A stretch of 63,779 nt of DNA, the filler included, from Guillardia theta CCMP2712 (lineage: Eukaryota > Protista > Cryptophyta), in the NCBI RefSeq assembly GCF_000315625.1. It is 4 parts of 4 records of this genome, joined end to end, with 100 filler letters (N's around TTAATTAATTAA, not from the genome) between each part and the next. Parts side by side here need not be neighbours in the genome. Positions count along the whole stretch, not along the records: positions 1 to 14,628 come from NW_005434466.1; 3 more parts are not named here. One strand, 5' to 3'. The translations under genes and the position numbers were made by a program. Position 1 is the first letter of the stretch. Each line of letters begins with the position of its first letter. Below are positions 1 to 11,659 of this stretch, one piece after another. Below the pieces are notes generated by a model. That model had not been told where the DNA came from. It saw only the letters and a program-made list of their open reading frames with translations, and did no database searches.

Positions 1-389
1 CCTCTCCTCTCCTCCTCTCCTCCTCTCCTCCTCTCCTCCTCTCCTCTCCTCCTCTCCTCCTCTCCTCTCACTCCTCTCCCTCCTCCTCCTCCCCTCGTCC
101 CTACCAACTCCCCTCCCCCTCCCCCCTCTCGCCCCCCTTTCGCCCTCCTCCTCGTTCTCCTCTCCTCTCCTCTCCTCTACTTCCACTGTTCTGCTTTCTC
201 CCCTCCTCCTCCTGTTGCTCCTCCTCTCTCCTCTCGCTCTCCTCCCTCCTCCTCGCTTCGTACTCTCCATGCCCCTCCTCCTCCTCTCCCCCCTTTCACC
301 CCGAAGCAATCATCTTTCTCCTCTCCAACGTCTCCGCGCCGCTTCCTGTACCCATCAGTCACGCTCCCCGAGCTCTCTCCCATCCTCTT

Positions 390-1434
390 CACCTTGATCC
401 GTCGCGCCGAGGACGTGAAAACACAGCATTCCTACCAGCGCGCTGACCAGCGCATGGCAGAACTACTCCCAAGATGTCAGCAGGTGGCCAGCAGGACGGC
501 AGCAGAACCAGGTTGATCAGGTGGAAAGACTTTGCGGATTTCCCGAAGAGAAGAACGTTCCATCGGAAGGTCAGGCTAGGAATGAAGTCAGGCAGGAGAA
601 GGGGGGAGGGAGGAGGGAGAGGACAGAAGTAGTTTCGAACTCCACCAACATCTCACGCTCCTCAACACGCACGACAACATCACATGGTTCAGCAGAGAAG
701 AACTCTACATTTCATCATCGAGACATCGAAAATGCATCAGATCTCTGGTCAAGTTCATGACATTGAATCGCCTTCCGACCTCCTCCACGTCAATACAGTC
801 ATCTTCAACTCCAACACCTCCATCATCATCAACATCGTCATCGTCATCGTCATCGTTATGATCATGATCATGATCATCTCCGTCATGATCATCATCTCCA
901 TCATCTCTGATCATCATCTCCATGATCTCCATCATCATCGTCGTCATCGTCGTCATTACGTAGTGAATGGTCGATAAGACTTGTGCGACTCGTTACTCTG
1001 CAGTTCTTGACCCCAGAAGTCATGAAGAAACAGATCCCACACCTCCGAAGGCGACACGTCAAACTCCACCACCACCTCTTCCTGCTCCTGCTCCTGCTCC
1101 CGCTCCTGCTCCTGCTCCTGCTCCCCCTCCATGCTTACCTTGCTCGAGTTCCCCGTAACGTCGCCATTCTTTGTGATCGCTGCTCCATCATCGTACACAA
1201 AGTCACCGTCGAGGCTGTTGAGGTAGCATGTGCAGCATGCCTGTGCAAGCATGAGAAGGATTTTCGAAAAATCCTCAGACGGGACAAGGAGCGGCAGGAG
1301 GAAGTGCTAGAGAAGCAGAAGGGAGGAGCAGAGGGAAGTAGGGGAGGAAGCAGGTAAGAGGGAGGGGAAGGACTCACGAAGGAGACAGCATGGAAGATCA
1401 GCAGACGCCGCCATCCTCCTCGTTCTCCCACCAT
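390..1434 (-). CDS. TMTC: TMTC-family protein O-mannosyltransferase (GT-C), 5' exons; the gene continues beyond the window start
   Basis: Spliced exons read CYLNSLDGDFVYDDGAAITKNGDV / VWDLFLHDFWGQELQSNESHKSYRPFT / LTFRWNVLLFGKSAKSFHLINLVLL. The DD, DFWG and SHKSYRP motifs are diagnostic of TMTC1-4. ATG at 1434, with GT donors after each exon. Confidence 0.88.
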
Positions 1435-1633
1435 CGCCCACGTTATCCTGCCATTTATCGGGGGCAAGGAAAACGAAAATTTACTAGGGGTAAGGTCTCA
1501 ATAGACTGGGTGGGGGTACTTTTACAAGGGGTAGTATAATATGAAATTTGATATGGATCACCCTTGTAAAATCATGAAAAGGGGGGTAGAGGAATGATTT
1601 TCACATCGACAGGGTAGGGTGGTCAAAGCAAGG

Positions 1634-4073
1634 ATGGCGGATCCCGGAGGGGAGGAGGAGGAGAGAGGAGGAGATCATCGAATGGGGGAGAAGGAAGAGA
1701 AAGCAGAAGAGGGAGGGAGAGGAAGAGGAGACTACGGAGAGGAAGCATGGCAAGGGAGGTATGACAGCAATCAAGATGTCGCCATTGCCTGCCTCCTCAC
1801 TTTAACTTTCCTCACCCTCTACCTCTCCACCCTGTACCCTCACGTACCCGGGGGTGACTCTGGCGAGCTCATAGCTTCAGCTTTCCAGCTCGGAGTCGGG
1901 CATCCCCCTGGGTACCCTCTCTTCATGGTCTACGAAAAGATTTTCTCCTCCCTTCTGCACTTCGGGAATGTGGCATGGAGGATGAACGTGGGAATGGCGG
2001 TGGTGGGAGCCAGCAGCGCAGGGATGCTGTACATGACGGCGGTGCATGCATGGGACAGTCGCCCTCTCGCCATCCTTGCCAGCGGCTTGTTCGCCCTCAA
2101 CCCGATCGTGTGGAACTACTCGACTCATGCTGAGGTGTTCCCACTGAACAACCTCCTCGTTTGCCTCCTCCTGTACCTGACTGTGCGGTACATGGAGCGG
2201 AGGGAGGCGAGTGTCGCACGCTGGGGAGCCTTCGTGATGGGCCTGGGGCTGACGAACCAGCACACGATCATCATTTACGAGCTTCCCCTGATGATCGGAG
2301 TGATCCTAGCAGGAGGAGGTAGGATCCTGAACCCCAGGGAGATAGCGGTGTTGTCCGCCATGTTCCTCCTGGGGTTTTCAGTCTACCTCTACCTTCCTCT
2401 TGCTACCTACAGCATGCCCTACGTGTCGTGGGGGGACGGGACCACCTGGGAGGGCTTCAAGCGCCACCTGCTCCGGGTCGAGTACGGGTCGTTCAGACTG
2501 TCGGCGGATGAGCGGGAGCCGGGTAGGCTGAGGGAGGGGGTAGTGTTCTGGATGGACAACGCCTTCCAGCAGAGCCCTTACGGGTTCCCTTACTTTGGCG
2601 TGCTGGGAGCTGCGTGGGAGGTACTGGAGTTCTGCAGGGACAGGGGAAGCAGGAAGAGGAAACTGCGCATGCTTCTGCTGCTGACTCTCACATTCTACAT
2701 CATCTTCTTTCACTCCCTCGCCAACCTGCCGCTCTACGGGAGGAGGGACAACGTGGAGATCATCAAGAGGTTCTGGATGCAGACAGCGATCGTGGAGGTT
2801 CTCTTCATGGCCGCCGGCTTCCACAGGCTGCTGGCTCTGGCGGTTCCAGAGGTCCACCGTCCCGCGCTCGTCGTCGTCCACGTCGGCATCCTACTCGCCT
2901 TCTGCCGGCGCCACTATGAGAGGATGGATCAGTCTGACAACTACATCGTCTCTCAGTTCGGCAAGGAGGTCCTGGCTCTGATGCCAGTGAGCTCGCTGTT
3001 CCTGACCATGACGGACTTGGTCACCAACACCCTCAGGTACTGGCAGGCCTGCCACCGCCACCGGCTCGACGTGCTAGTGGCAGATCAGAACCTCATGTCG
3101 GCCGAGTGGTTCGTCAAGGGGCAGGCCAAGAACTACCCCGGGGTCGCGTTCCCCGCCAACATCTACTGGCCCTCCCGGCCCGACGGGTTCAACATGCGGG
3201 AGATGGTGGACGTGAACTTCGGCAAGTTCCGCATCTTTACCTTCGCAGGAGCCAAGGAGAGCAGCCATGAGCAGGCTGGGTACAAGCTCGTTCCCTTCGG
3301 GTATGCCGAGGAGTTCGTGCGGCCGATGAACCCGGACAGCTTGAGCCCATGGCAGTGCAACGAGTCGATGTGGGCCGAGACGGTCCCTTCCCACCTTCCC
3401 CCCTCCCCTCCCTACGTCAACCTCTCCTTGACGAAGTACCCCGAGGGCACCTGGGAGTACAAGGCGCTGGAGGAGTACTTCATCGCCGTCAACCGCTACG
3501 GGTTCTTCGCCTTCTCCTTGGGGTCTCGTTTTCCTCGAGTGGCGTACTATGCTGCCGCCTACGTGTACCGTCAGGGGGCGCGGGACCTGCCGAGGGAGCG
3601 ATGCGGCTGCTCGTTGGACCAGTACTCTCACTTCTACCGCAGCCTGGGCTCCTGCTACTACCAGCTGATCACAAGGGGGATGGGGGACGTCAACGAGCAC
3701 AAGAGGCTGCTGGGGGAGGCGTGGGGGGAGTACCTGAGGAGGATCAAGGAAGGGTTCCTTGGGGATCCGAACCAGCAGGAGCTGAGCAAGGATGTTGCGT
3801 CCTACTCCGCCATACTTGACTCCCCTCAGTTCAAACATGATCCCAGCGCTACCTACACGCGCGTGGAAGTGGTCGGGGAGGAGGGAAGGAGGGAGGAGGA
3901 GAGGTGCGTTCTGCAGGCTGTGCTTGAGCCGTCATGCTGTGACGTCCTTGCAGGGAGGGAAGGGAGGAGGAACCGGCTGGAGTGGACCAGGAGAGGTTGT
4001 TGCTGCTGATGTGCACGGCGGTCGAGCGCTGACGATGGTGCAGGATGGAGGACAACGAGGGGCTGTACTTTGA
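1634..4073 (+). CDS. TMEM260: TMEM260/DUF2723-family multi-pass membrane protein O-mannosyltransferase
   Basis: Long ORF with PGGDSGELI...LGVGHPPGYPLF, AEVFPLNN, TNQHT and SWGD...HLLRxEYG motifs and many TM helices. The last ~200 bp are probably spliced, so the end is approximate. Confidence 0.88.
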
Positions 4074-4330
4074 CGACGACGATCTCCCCCCTGGTTTCCA
4101 CTAGCGCTGGCATGCTCGAGATGCTTTTAGGGCTGATTGAGTTGAGGGAAGAAGGAGAAGGAACAGGGACAGGAGAATGCAGGAGGAGGGGGGGGAAGGA
4201 GGAGGAGGAGGAGGAGGAGGAGGAGGAGGAGGGGGACGATGAGGCGAGGATTCAAGGAGGATTATGGGCAGGATGAGAATCTTGACAACTCGGTTTTTCT
4301 GGGCGAAAGAGGTAAGGTTGATGGTGTATA

Positions 4331-4980
4331 TTGTACGTGGAAGATCGGAACAAGAAACTAAATCAACAGCATGTGCTCTCCAGTAATGTCATGAATCAAC
4401 GTATCCACTGTCAGCCTTCAACTCACCCGTCAAAGCATTCCGGTGCATCGGACAGGTTGGGAGTGGCAAGATATGTTGCGCGTATATCTGGAAAGTACTC
4501 CAGAGTTCTGCAACTACCGTCGGGACTTGACGAGCCAGCCTACATCAGGTCCTCCGCTCGATCCGATAGTGTCATAGTTCACCGCCTCGACAAGCCGTCG
4601 TCTTACTTCANNNNNNNNNNNNNNNNNNNNNNNNNNNNNNNNNNNNNNNNNNNNNNNNNNNNNNNNNNNNNNNNNNNNNNNNNNNNNNNNNNNNNNNNNN
4701 NNNNNNNNNNGGGCAACGAATTTCACCAAATAACATCCAACAAAAGCAAGATGGATGCCGTTGCACTCGATATTGGATGTGGACTTGCGAGCATTTGAAC
4801 ATTGGCTTAAGATTCAGGATGTGGATTGCTTGATGTCCACGACACGTCATACAGAATATTTGGGCGACGGCAAACATTCGAGGTTATCATATTGCCTTTC
4901 GCAACAAGGCCAAAAATGTTGACTGCCTCGCAGCGAAATGGAAGCCAAGGAAGTGCACAACAACGATAGAAGTCTTCTAA
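4331..4980 (+). CDS. Possible spliced SAM-dependent methyltransferase (interrupted by an N gap)
   Basis: VALDIGCG (motif I-like) just after the gap. Gene structure unresolved. Confidence 0.3.
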
Positions 4981-5483
4981 GTTTTTAGATTTTACTGATC
5001 TTCGGACATACATGTTTAAGCATCTTCAGACTTTTTCTCCGCACTACCTCAACGCCTGAACGGCACAAATATGCGGAGGAGGAAGGTTGCATCATTGTTT
5101 GTTTCTTACCAATCCTGAGAACAAATGGCAATCTACACGTCCTAAAGAAATTAGGAGAGAAAAGAGCGATACAATTTATGCATGTAAATAAAGATCTTTC
5201 GAGATTGAAAGCAATTTAATGAGATCAAGAGGAATTAGGAATGGCAAAGAAAACACGCAGAACGCAATCACAAAACTAAGGGCGAAGCCGCGTGAGTGGA
5301 GGAGGGGGAGGATGAGAACGAGGAGAGGGGAGGAGGAGGGGGAGGATGAGAACGAGGAGAAGTCGGGACATGGAGGCGAGAGAGGTAGGGCAGATGGAGG
5401 AAGAGGAAGGGGAAAGGAGGAGGGAGGAGGGCGAGGTAATCTACTGATCTTCATTTGAGTACAAAGTAGCCGATTTCTCCTGC

Positions 5484-7679
5484 TCACGCCGCGTTCTCGT
5501 CGAAGTTCTTCACGAGGTCCCAGTAGTGCTCAACATTTCTCCTGCGAAGGAGATCTCGCTACCCGTACGTCAGTTCCAGGCCATGACGGACGAGCACCAG
5601 GACAGAACGAGAAGCAGGCATGAAGAAGCAGAGTAGGAAAGAACGTGTCTCGAGATGCACGAGGAGGGTTGAGGGGCAGGCGTAGCAAGCGCGAGCGAAG
5701 GGGACGGGAGAAAGAGAGTGCAAAGGTTGCATAAGAGGAAGGAAGCGAAAGAGGGATAGCATAAAGAGGAAATGGTGGAGGGATAATGCAAGGAACAAGG
5801 GGGCAGTAGACTCACAGCATTTCCCTCACTCCTCGCCACTTCGAACTTGAACTCTGGAAAATTTGCCTTGGCAAGCCTTCCAACCCACACCAGCTTACAG
5901 AAGTTTTTGCCCTTGCTCGCATCATCCGCATGCTCCTCCTCCTGCCAACCCAAGTCAGCAAGCCCGTCCTCCTCCCACCCTTCTCACCTCCTCCTCCTTC
6001 ATCTCCTCCTCCTCCTCCTCCTCGTCCTCAGCGGTCTTGTTCCACTTGATCCTCCTCTCCAGAAGCTTCCTGAACTTGTTGAGCGAGCGGATTCCTCCCT
6101 CAATGACCAGCAGGCAACTCTCGTCCGAGATGATCCCGATGCCGTGCAGCTTGTAGTATTGTGCGTTGACATCGATCTTGTAGCGATTCTGCTTGCTCTG
6201 CAGATCTCCAATCTTGTACAGATGGACGGCAGTCTCGAACGCCGTCTCCTTCTCTATCTTGGCAAGCTTCTTCGCCCTCTTCTCCTCTGCCGTCTTCTTC
6301 CTCGCCTGGTTGCGATCGTTGTGGTTCTTGAGACGCTGCGCCATCTGCTTCTTCACCTCCTGCTCGATCTTCGTTGGGTCTGCCGTGGCGTCTGCCGCCA
6401 GCACCCTCATCATGTTCGAGATCTTCACCTTGGGCTCCGGAGGAGGGATAAATCCTCTCGCCACCATCTCCTGCCTCTGCAGCTCCCGCTCCATGCGCGT
6501 CCTCCTCCTCAGCTTCTTCCTCTCCTTCTTCGTCAGGAACATGGGAAGAGGAGGAGGCTCCGCTGCTTCTGCAGGCGGCTCGATGGGCACGGGATGCTCC
6601 ACATAGATGGTTATCCTCTCCACCGCAAGCTTCTGCTCCTCCGCTTCCGCTCCCTCCTCCGCCTCCGCTAGGATGCGCGAGTCCCACCACTCGACATCGG
6701 GCACATGGTCGAGCTTGCGCTTGAGCAGCCCGAGATTAATCTGCTGCAGCGTGTCCTTCTCTGCCTCGTGACCCTTGTCATCCCTCATCTTCTTCAACTG
6801 AGCATTGAACTCCGCAATCGCCATCTTGGATCGGAACCTCTCGGCACGGCGGATGTACCGCTGGTCCTCCACGAAGTGGAACGTCGCTCGCTTCTCCCTG
6901 CGAAAACTCGGCATCTTCATCCTCGGGTCAAGCACCACCGCCGTCTCCTCCACCGGCTTCTCGGCCTTGGGCTCTGCCACTGGCACCTGCTTGGCCTCTC
7001 GCTGGTTGGCCTTCAGCTCCGCGATGGACTGCGGCTTCATCGAGATCTCCTTCCCGTCCTTGTCCACATGCCTGCCCTGGTCATCGAGAATCAAGGGAGC
7101 AGGGAGAAAGGTCTCCTTCCTCCCAGCCATCGGCAACCCCGGCATAGCCACTCCCGGAATGGACAGGGCGGGTGCTGCTCCGGCCTGGCCCAACTTCGCC
7201 ATCTGCTGTGCAATCTGTGCCTGGATGGCTGCCATGCGCTGAGCTTTGGCGATGGCGTCTTTGTTGATGCGGCTTGGATCCGCGGCATTCTGGATGTCTG
7301 GTTGAGCAGTATCCCACTGATCGAGGAACTGTCAGAAGAGTGCCTGTGCCAGAACAGTCTCCTCCTCCTCCTCCTCCCACACAAACAAACATGATCGCGC
7401 ACAGGATTCAAACATAACATATCATCGTGATGCATAACTCAACAACCACCACCCACTGCCATCAGGTAGAAAAAAAACACAGCCAAACTTCTTACGACGG
7501 TGACCAGCACCTGCAGTCATCGCCCCCCTTCTCCTCACCTTGGATCTCCTCGGTTTCTTCACAGGCGCCTCTGCATTCTTTGCCGCATCATCTGCCTTCT
7601 GATCTCCTCCTCCTCCTCCTCCTCCTCCCGTCGCGCCATCGTCCCCAGAGCTCCACCTGCTCCTCTTCCTCTCCGCCAT
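5484..7679 (-). CDS. PRP3: U4/U6 snRNP protein Prp3 (multi-exon)
   Basis: VPDVEWWD, ITIYVEHPVPIEPP, LTKKERKKLRRR, PPPEPKVKISNMMRVL, DPTKIE, NxCKLVW and HYWD motifs. ATG at 7679, TGA at 5484. Confidence 0.95.
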
Positions 7680-7853
7680 TGCCTCGTGTCCGTTACGCGT
7701 AACGGAGATCCAGATTTTAATTGATTTCAATCAGTAGGAATCGATCGAATCATTCGGCGATCCCTTACACTTCCGTTACATCTGGTACGTATGGTAACGT
7801 CTGGACCGTTATGGTCATTGATACTGTAACCGAAGTGACTTTTCGACATCGCC

Positions 7854-9021
7854 ATGGCCTTGCACGCGGCTAGATGGAGGGCGGTGGGCGCGGCGCTCAT
7901 GGCGGCCGTTGTGGTCTGTGCTCTCGTCGCTTCGTTGAGATGGAACAGCTCCTCTTCCCGCTCTGTCCTTGCGTCCTCTGCAGGAGAGAAGCCAAAGTCT
8001 GAGTTCAAGAAGGATTGGAAGCGCTGGTTGAACCGAGTAGACATGCAGGTCAAGGCCGCAGTTCAGCTCTCAAACGGCCTCAGCCAGGCTAAGAAGGCCA
8101 AGCTTGTTGAGTTTGTCCATGATGATCTGGTAAGAACCAGTGTGTTTGCTTTCCCTTCCCCCCACACTTGTCCGTTGCAACGAGTGACGCGACCCTTACA
8201 GGTTGGAGATATGAAGAGGGAGCAGAAGATTGTGAATGACCTTGACAAGAAGTATGGCGTTCGCGTTTCTCCAGATCTCAAGTTCTCATCCAAGACCGAG
8301 AGCTCCAAGGCCGCTCATGAGGCCGCTCAGCCGGCGACCCATGCAGCCGTCCACCACAAGGCTGCTGCTCATCAGGGCAAGAACGCTCCCTACATCAAGA
8401 TTGCGGACAAGCAGGCGATCGACCATCCCTTGTCCTCCGGAAACAGGGAGGGTGTTGCTGAATTCGGCAGGGTCATCTCAACCAAGGTTGCCAGGGACGA
8501 TGCGAAGATTGCGCAGGCCAAGGCTGCAGTTTCGCGTGCTGAGCACAGGCTGGAAGCCGAGGAGAAGTCTTCGATGTCTGCAGCTGATGTGGTTGCTGTC
8601 GAGAAGTCTGCTCCTGTTGCAAAATCCCACCGCGCCAGAGCTGCTCACGCTCAGCACAAGATCGCCAGCAAGGCTGCTTCCAAGCATGCTGAGCCTGTGA
8701 TCCCTTCGCTTCTGATGTTTGATGCGTAGTTTGACATGGTCTGTTTGCTTTTCAGCAGGACAACCTCTCCAAGCACGTCTTGGCGATGAAGGTGCCGTAC
8801 AACAAGGCTAAGGCAGAGGCAGAGGCTCAGCAGGAGGAGTCCTCATGGGGTAATACCACTCGTGTTCTTTTTTCTGCGCACATGTTTCGAGAAAGGACTA
8901 ACGCATTGTGTTGGTAGATTCCACTCTCAGCAAGCTGGGGTTGGCATCGAATGTTCAGACTGCCAAAAAAGATCCGTTCAAATTCCCCTCCCAACTTCGT
9001 CTTCCCGGACAGAGCTCTTAA
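7854..9021 (+). CDS. Unknown Ala/Lys-rich protein with N-terminal signal/anchor helix (spliced)
   Basis: 291-aa ORF with a hydrophobic N-terminus. Further GT-AG exons at ~8755-8848 and ~8918-9021 end FPSQLRLPGQSS*. Confidence 0.55.
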
Positions 9022-9477
9022 AGCTCCTTCAGCTAAGAACAGTGATTTTCAGTAAAAGAAAAAAATTGGAGTGTTCTCGTACACACTCAGCAATTATTTG
9101 CTTTCTACGAGGAAACAGGATCCAACTTCCAAGCTCGTATCAGTCGGCTCCATATTGGGCGATGTGGACTATAATGATGGTGAGTAGAGATAAGGTTGGA
9201 AAGCGCATTCTAAGATCAATCTGAAACACTAAGCCTAGCAACAGTCTACTCTCTGTGACTCAGTACGAAATAATTTATAATCTTGTGCAGCCTCTTTTGA
9301 CCTTCAACCTAAGAACGTGAAACCGAAACTAATTCGAATTCGAAGAGTATTGAGTGAAACGGATCAAACTACAGGAGTATCAACAACAGAGTTGAAAGAA
9401 AATCCAAGAATCCTCAGCAATTAACTTCTGTCTCATCTGAAGTCTTCCAGCCATCAGGGCGTCCCCTCCCGCAATGT

Positions 9478-10362
9478 TTACCAAACCTGGACAAGAAGCG
9501 ATTTCAGCTCTCAATAGAAGAACATGATAGAAAAATGCTGAAAGGATCGAGCAAAGTAGGAACAAGACTGACTGATAACCAGGAATGAGGATCATACCTG
9601 TGCCCTCTCATTGTTCTTGAGGAGTCCAAGAGAGCTATCATAATCCAGCGATCGCTCCTCCATCCTGAGAACCAATAACGAATCAGAAACTCTCAGCCTG
9701 CCGACTAGCACTACTCACCACTTGGCGTCTGACTTGTCTTGCTCAATATCAATCACATCCTTGTAGACTTCAGCAGCGTGTTCAAGTCTGAGGAAGCACA
9801 ACGATTCTACACTCGACGCAAGCCGAGCAGATTCAGCGGGGGTGAGGTCCCGAAGAACCTGTTCACCACAGAACAACTTGGCCTTGGGGACAACAGTTCC
9901 TGAGGCCACGACCGATCCAGGAGCAATGTAGGCACCACTCTCGATCACTGCTCTATCTCCAATAGTCGAGCCCATCCCGATCACCGCGTCATCATGGATA
10001 GTGGCAACTCCCACAACAGCTCCTTGGCCGACAAGGACGCGATTTCCGATCTGAACAGAACCTTCTCCCATGGGCGAGATGGTTGCCTTGTCAGCAATGG
10101 AGCTCATACTTCCTATGGAGATGGAGGCAAGATCGCCGCGGACAATGGCTCCATACCAGATCGAGCTCTTCTCTGCGAGCTTTACATTCCCCACGACATT
10201 GGCGCTTGGAGCCACGAAGCATGTCCTGTGGATGGAGGGGGCGTGGCTCTTGAGAGCCATGACTTCTCTGTGGCGTGAGAGCACCTCCCTCGACGATCCT
10301 GCCAGCGCCTGTCCTGCCTTCTCCAGCGTCGCGCCCAGCGACCGTAGCGCCGAGGAGAGCAT
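9478..10362 (-). CDS. Gamma-carbonic-anhydrase-like hexapeptide-repeat protein (probably a mitochondrial complex I CA-domain subunit)
   Basis: LSRHR...FVAPSANVVGNVKL...SSIWYGAIVRGD and left-handed beta-helix repeats, with a presequence-like N-terminus. The 3' exons are inferred. Confidence 0.85.
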
Positions 10363-10565
10363 GGAGAATATGGTAAACGGTTGGGGGGTGGGGGGTCATG
10401 AAGACGAGTGCACCACCGGTAAATCAAACATCAAATTACTCAGGAAGGTAGGGTGGGCTACCGCATTTTTTCGTAGACAGGGGTGGATTTTGGAAGGGTG
10501 GGTAGGTTCGATTGATGGAATGGTAGGGTAGTGGTCATCTCGCCTCTTGAGGTCGAATGAGAGGG

Positions 10566-10601
10566 ATTGTAGGGTAGGGGTGATCACCCCTACCCTACAA
10601 T
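10566..10601. repeat. Perfect 36-bp palindrome ATTGTAGGGTAGGGGTGA|TCACCCCTACCCTACAAT
   Basis: Read directly from the sequence. It lies in the divergent gamma-CA/SRP72 intergenic region. Confidence 0.95.
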
Positions 10602-11659
10602 AAATCTTATTTTTGATGTAAAAGATGGGGGTACAAATAATCAAGTGTGAATGGTGTGCCAGGGATAGGTTTCACTACCCTAGTTGTCAGTGACCCCCTT
10701 TTCTTCCTGCAATACGGTGGTAGGGGGGTCATTTTACCACCCACCATGTCAAAATGACTCATTAATCATACAAAAAGAAGGGGTAGTACAACAAGGTTGG
10801 CAACCCCCAAGTGGATGGGGTAGGGGTGATAAAACAGAGAAATGTTGAGGGTTCTCGACTTGGTTAGGGGTACTTCGCCCATTTCCTCTGGGAGGAAAAT
10901 AGGGGTACTTCGTAAGAAATAATCTGAAATACAGGTAGTGGTAGTACAGCAAGGGTGGGGTGGTTGCACGCGTGGCCACATGGAAGAAAGGCAAAGGAAA
11001 AGCATGGCGAAATGCGGGGCAGAGGATAGGAAAGTTTAGGAGATCATGCGGAGGACGATGCCTAGAAGATGATATGAGAGATGACGAGGAGGAAAGGAGA
11101 GAGAAGGTGAGCGTAGACGAGAGATTTTTGCAGGGAGAAGTACAATAAGTACTCGTGTTAGGGAAACTATGGATCGGAAGGAGGGAGAATGCAGTGAAGA
11201 CTTGTTTCACGCAGAAAGCGACAAGATGGACAGGACTTCAACTATCGAATTTGATGCAGAGATCGTTCTAAGGCGATTAGGGAGAGGTTGGATCTTAGAT
11301 GCCTTCGAGGTATGTGATGCCACGTGCTGCACGAAACCTAGATTCTGCATGTTTGTCGGCAAGTAACAGACTTGGTTGAGGACAGGAAAGGTACAGAGTG
11401 GATTTTTTCAAGTGAAGTTGTGTCATAGTGAGTGAAGGAATGATAGTCATTGGAAGATTAGCTGCTTCCTGCCCTGTTCTTCCCCAGAGTGCAGGTTGCA
11501 CGAATAGACAACTCAGCATACTCCGCTGCACCTTATACCTTCCTCTCGAACTTGACCTGTCTCGTTCGCTTGCTTAATCGCTTCCTCTCTCCCCATCCTC
11601 CATCCCTCTCTCACTGCTCTGACCCTGTTGTCGTCCAGGCAAGTCATCCCGTTGTGCAG

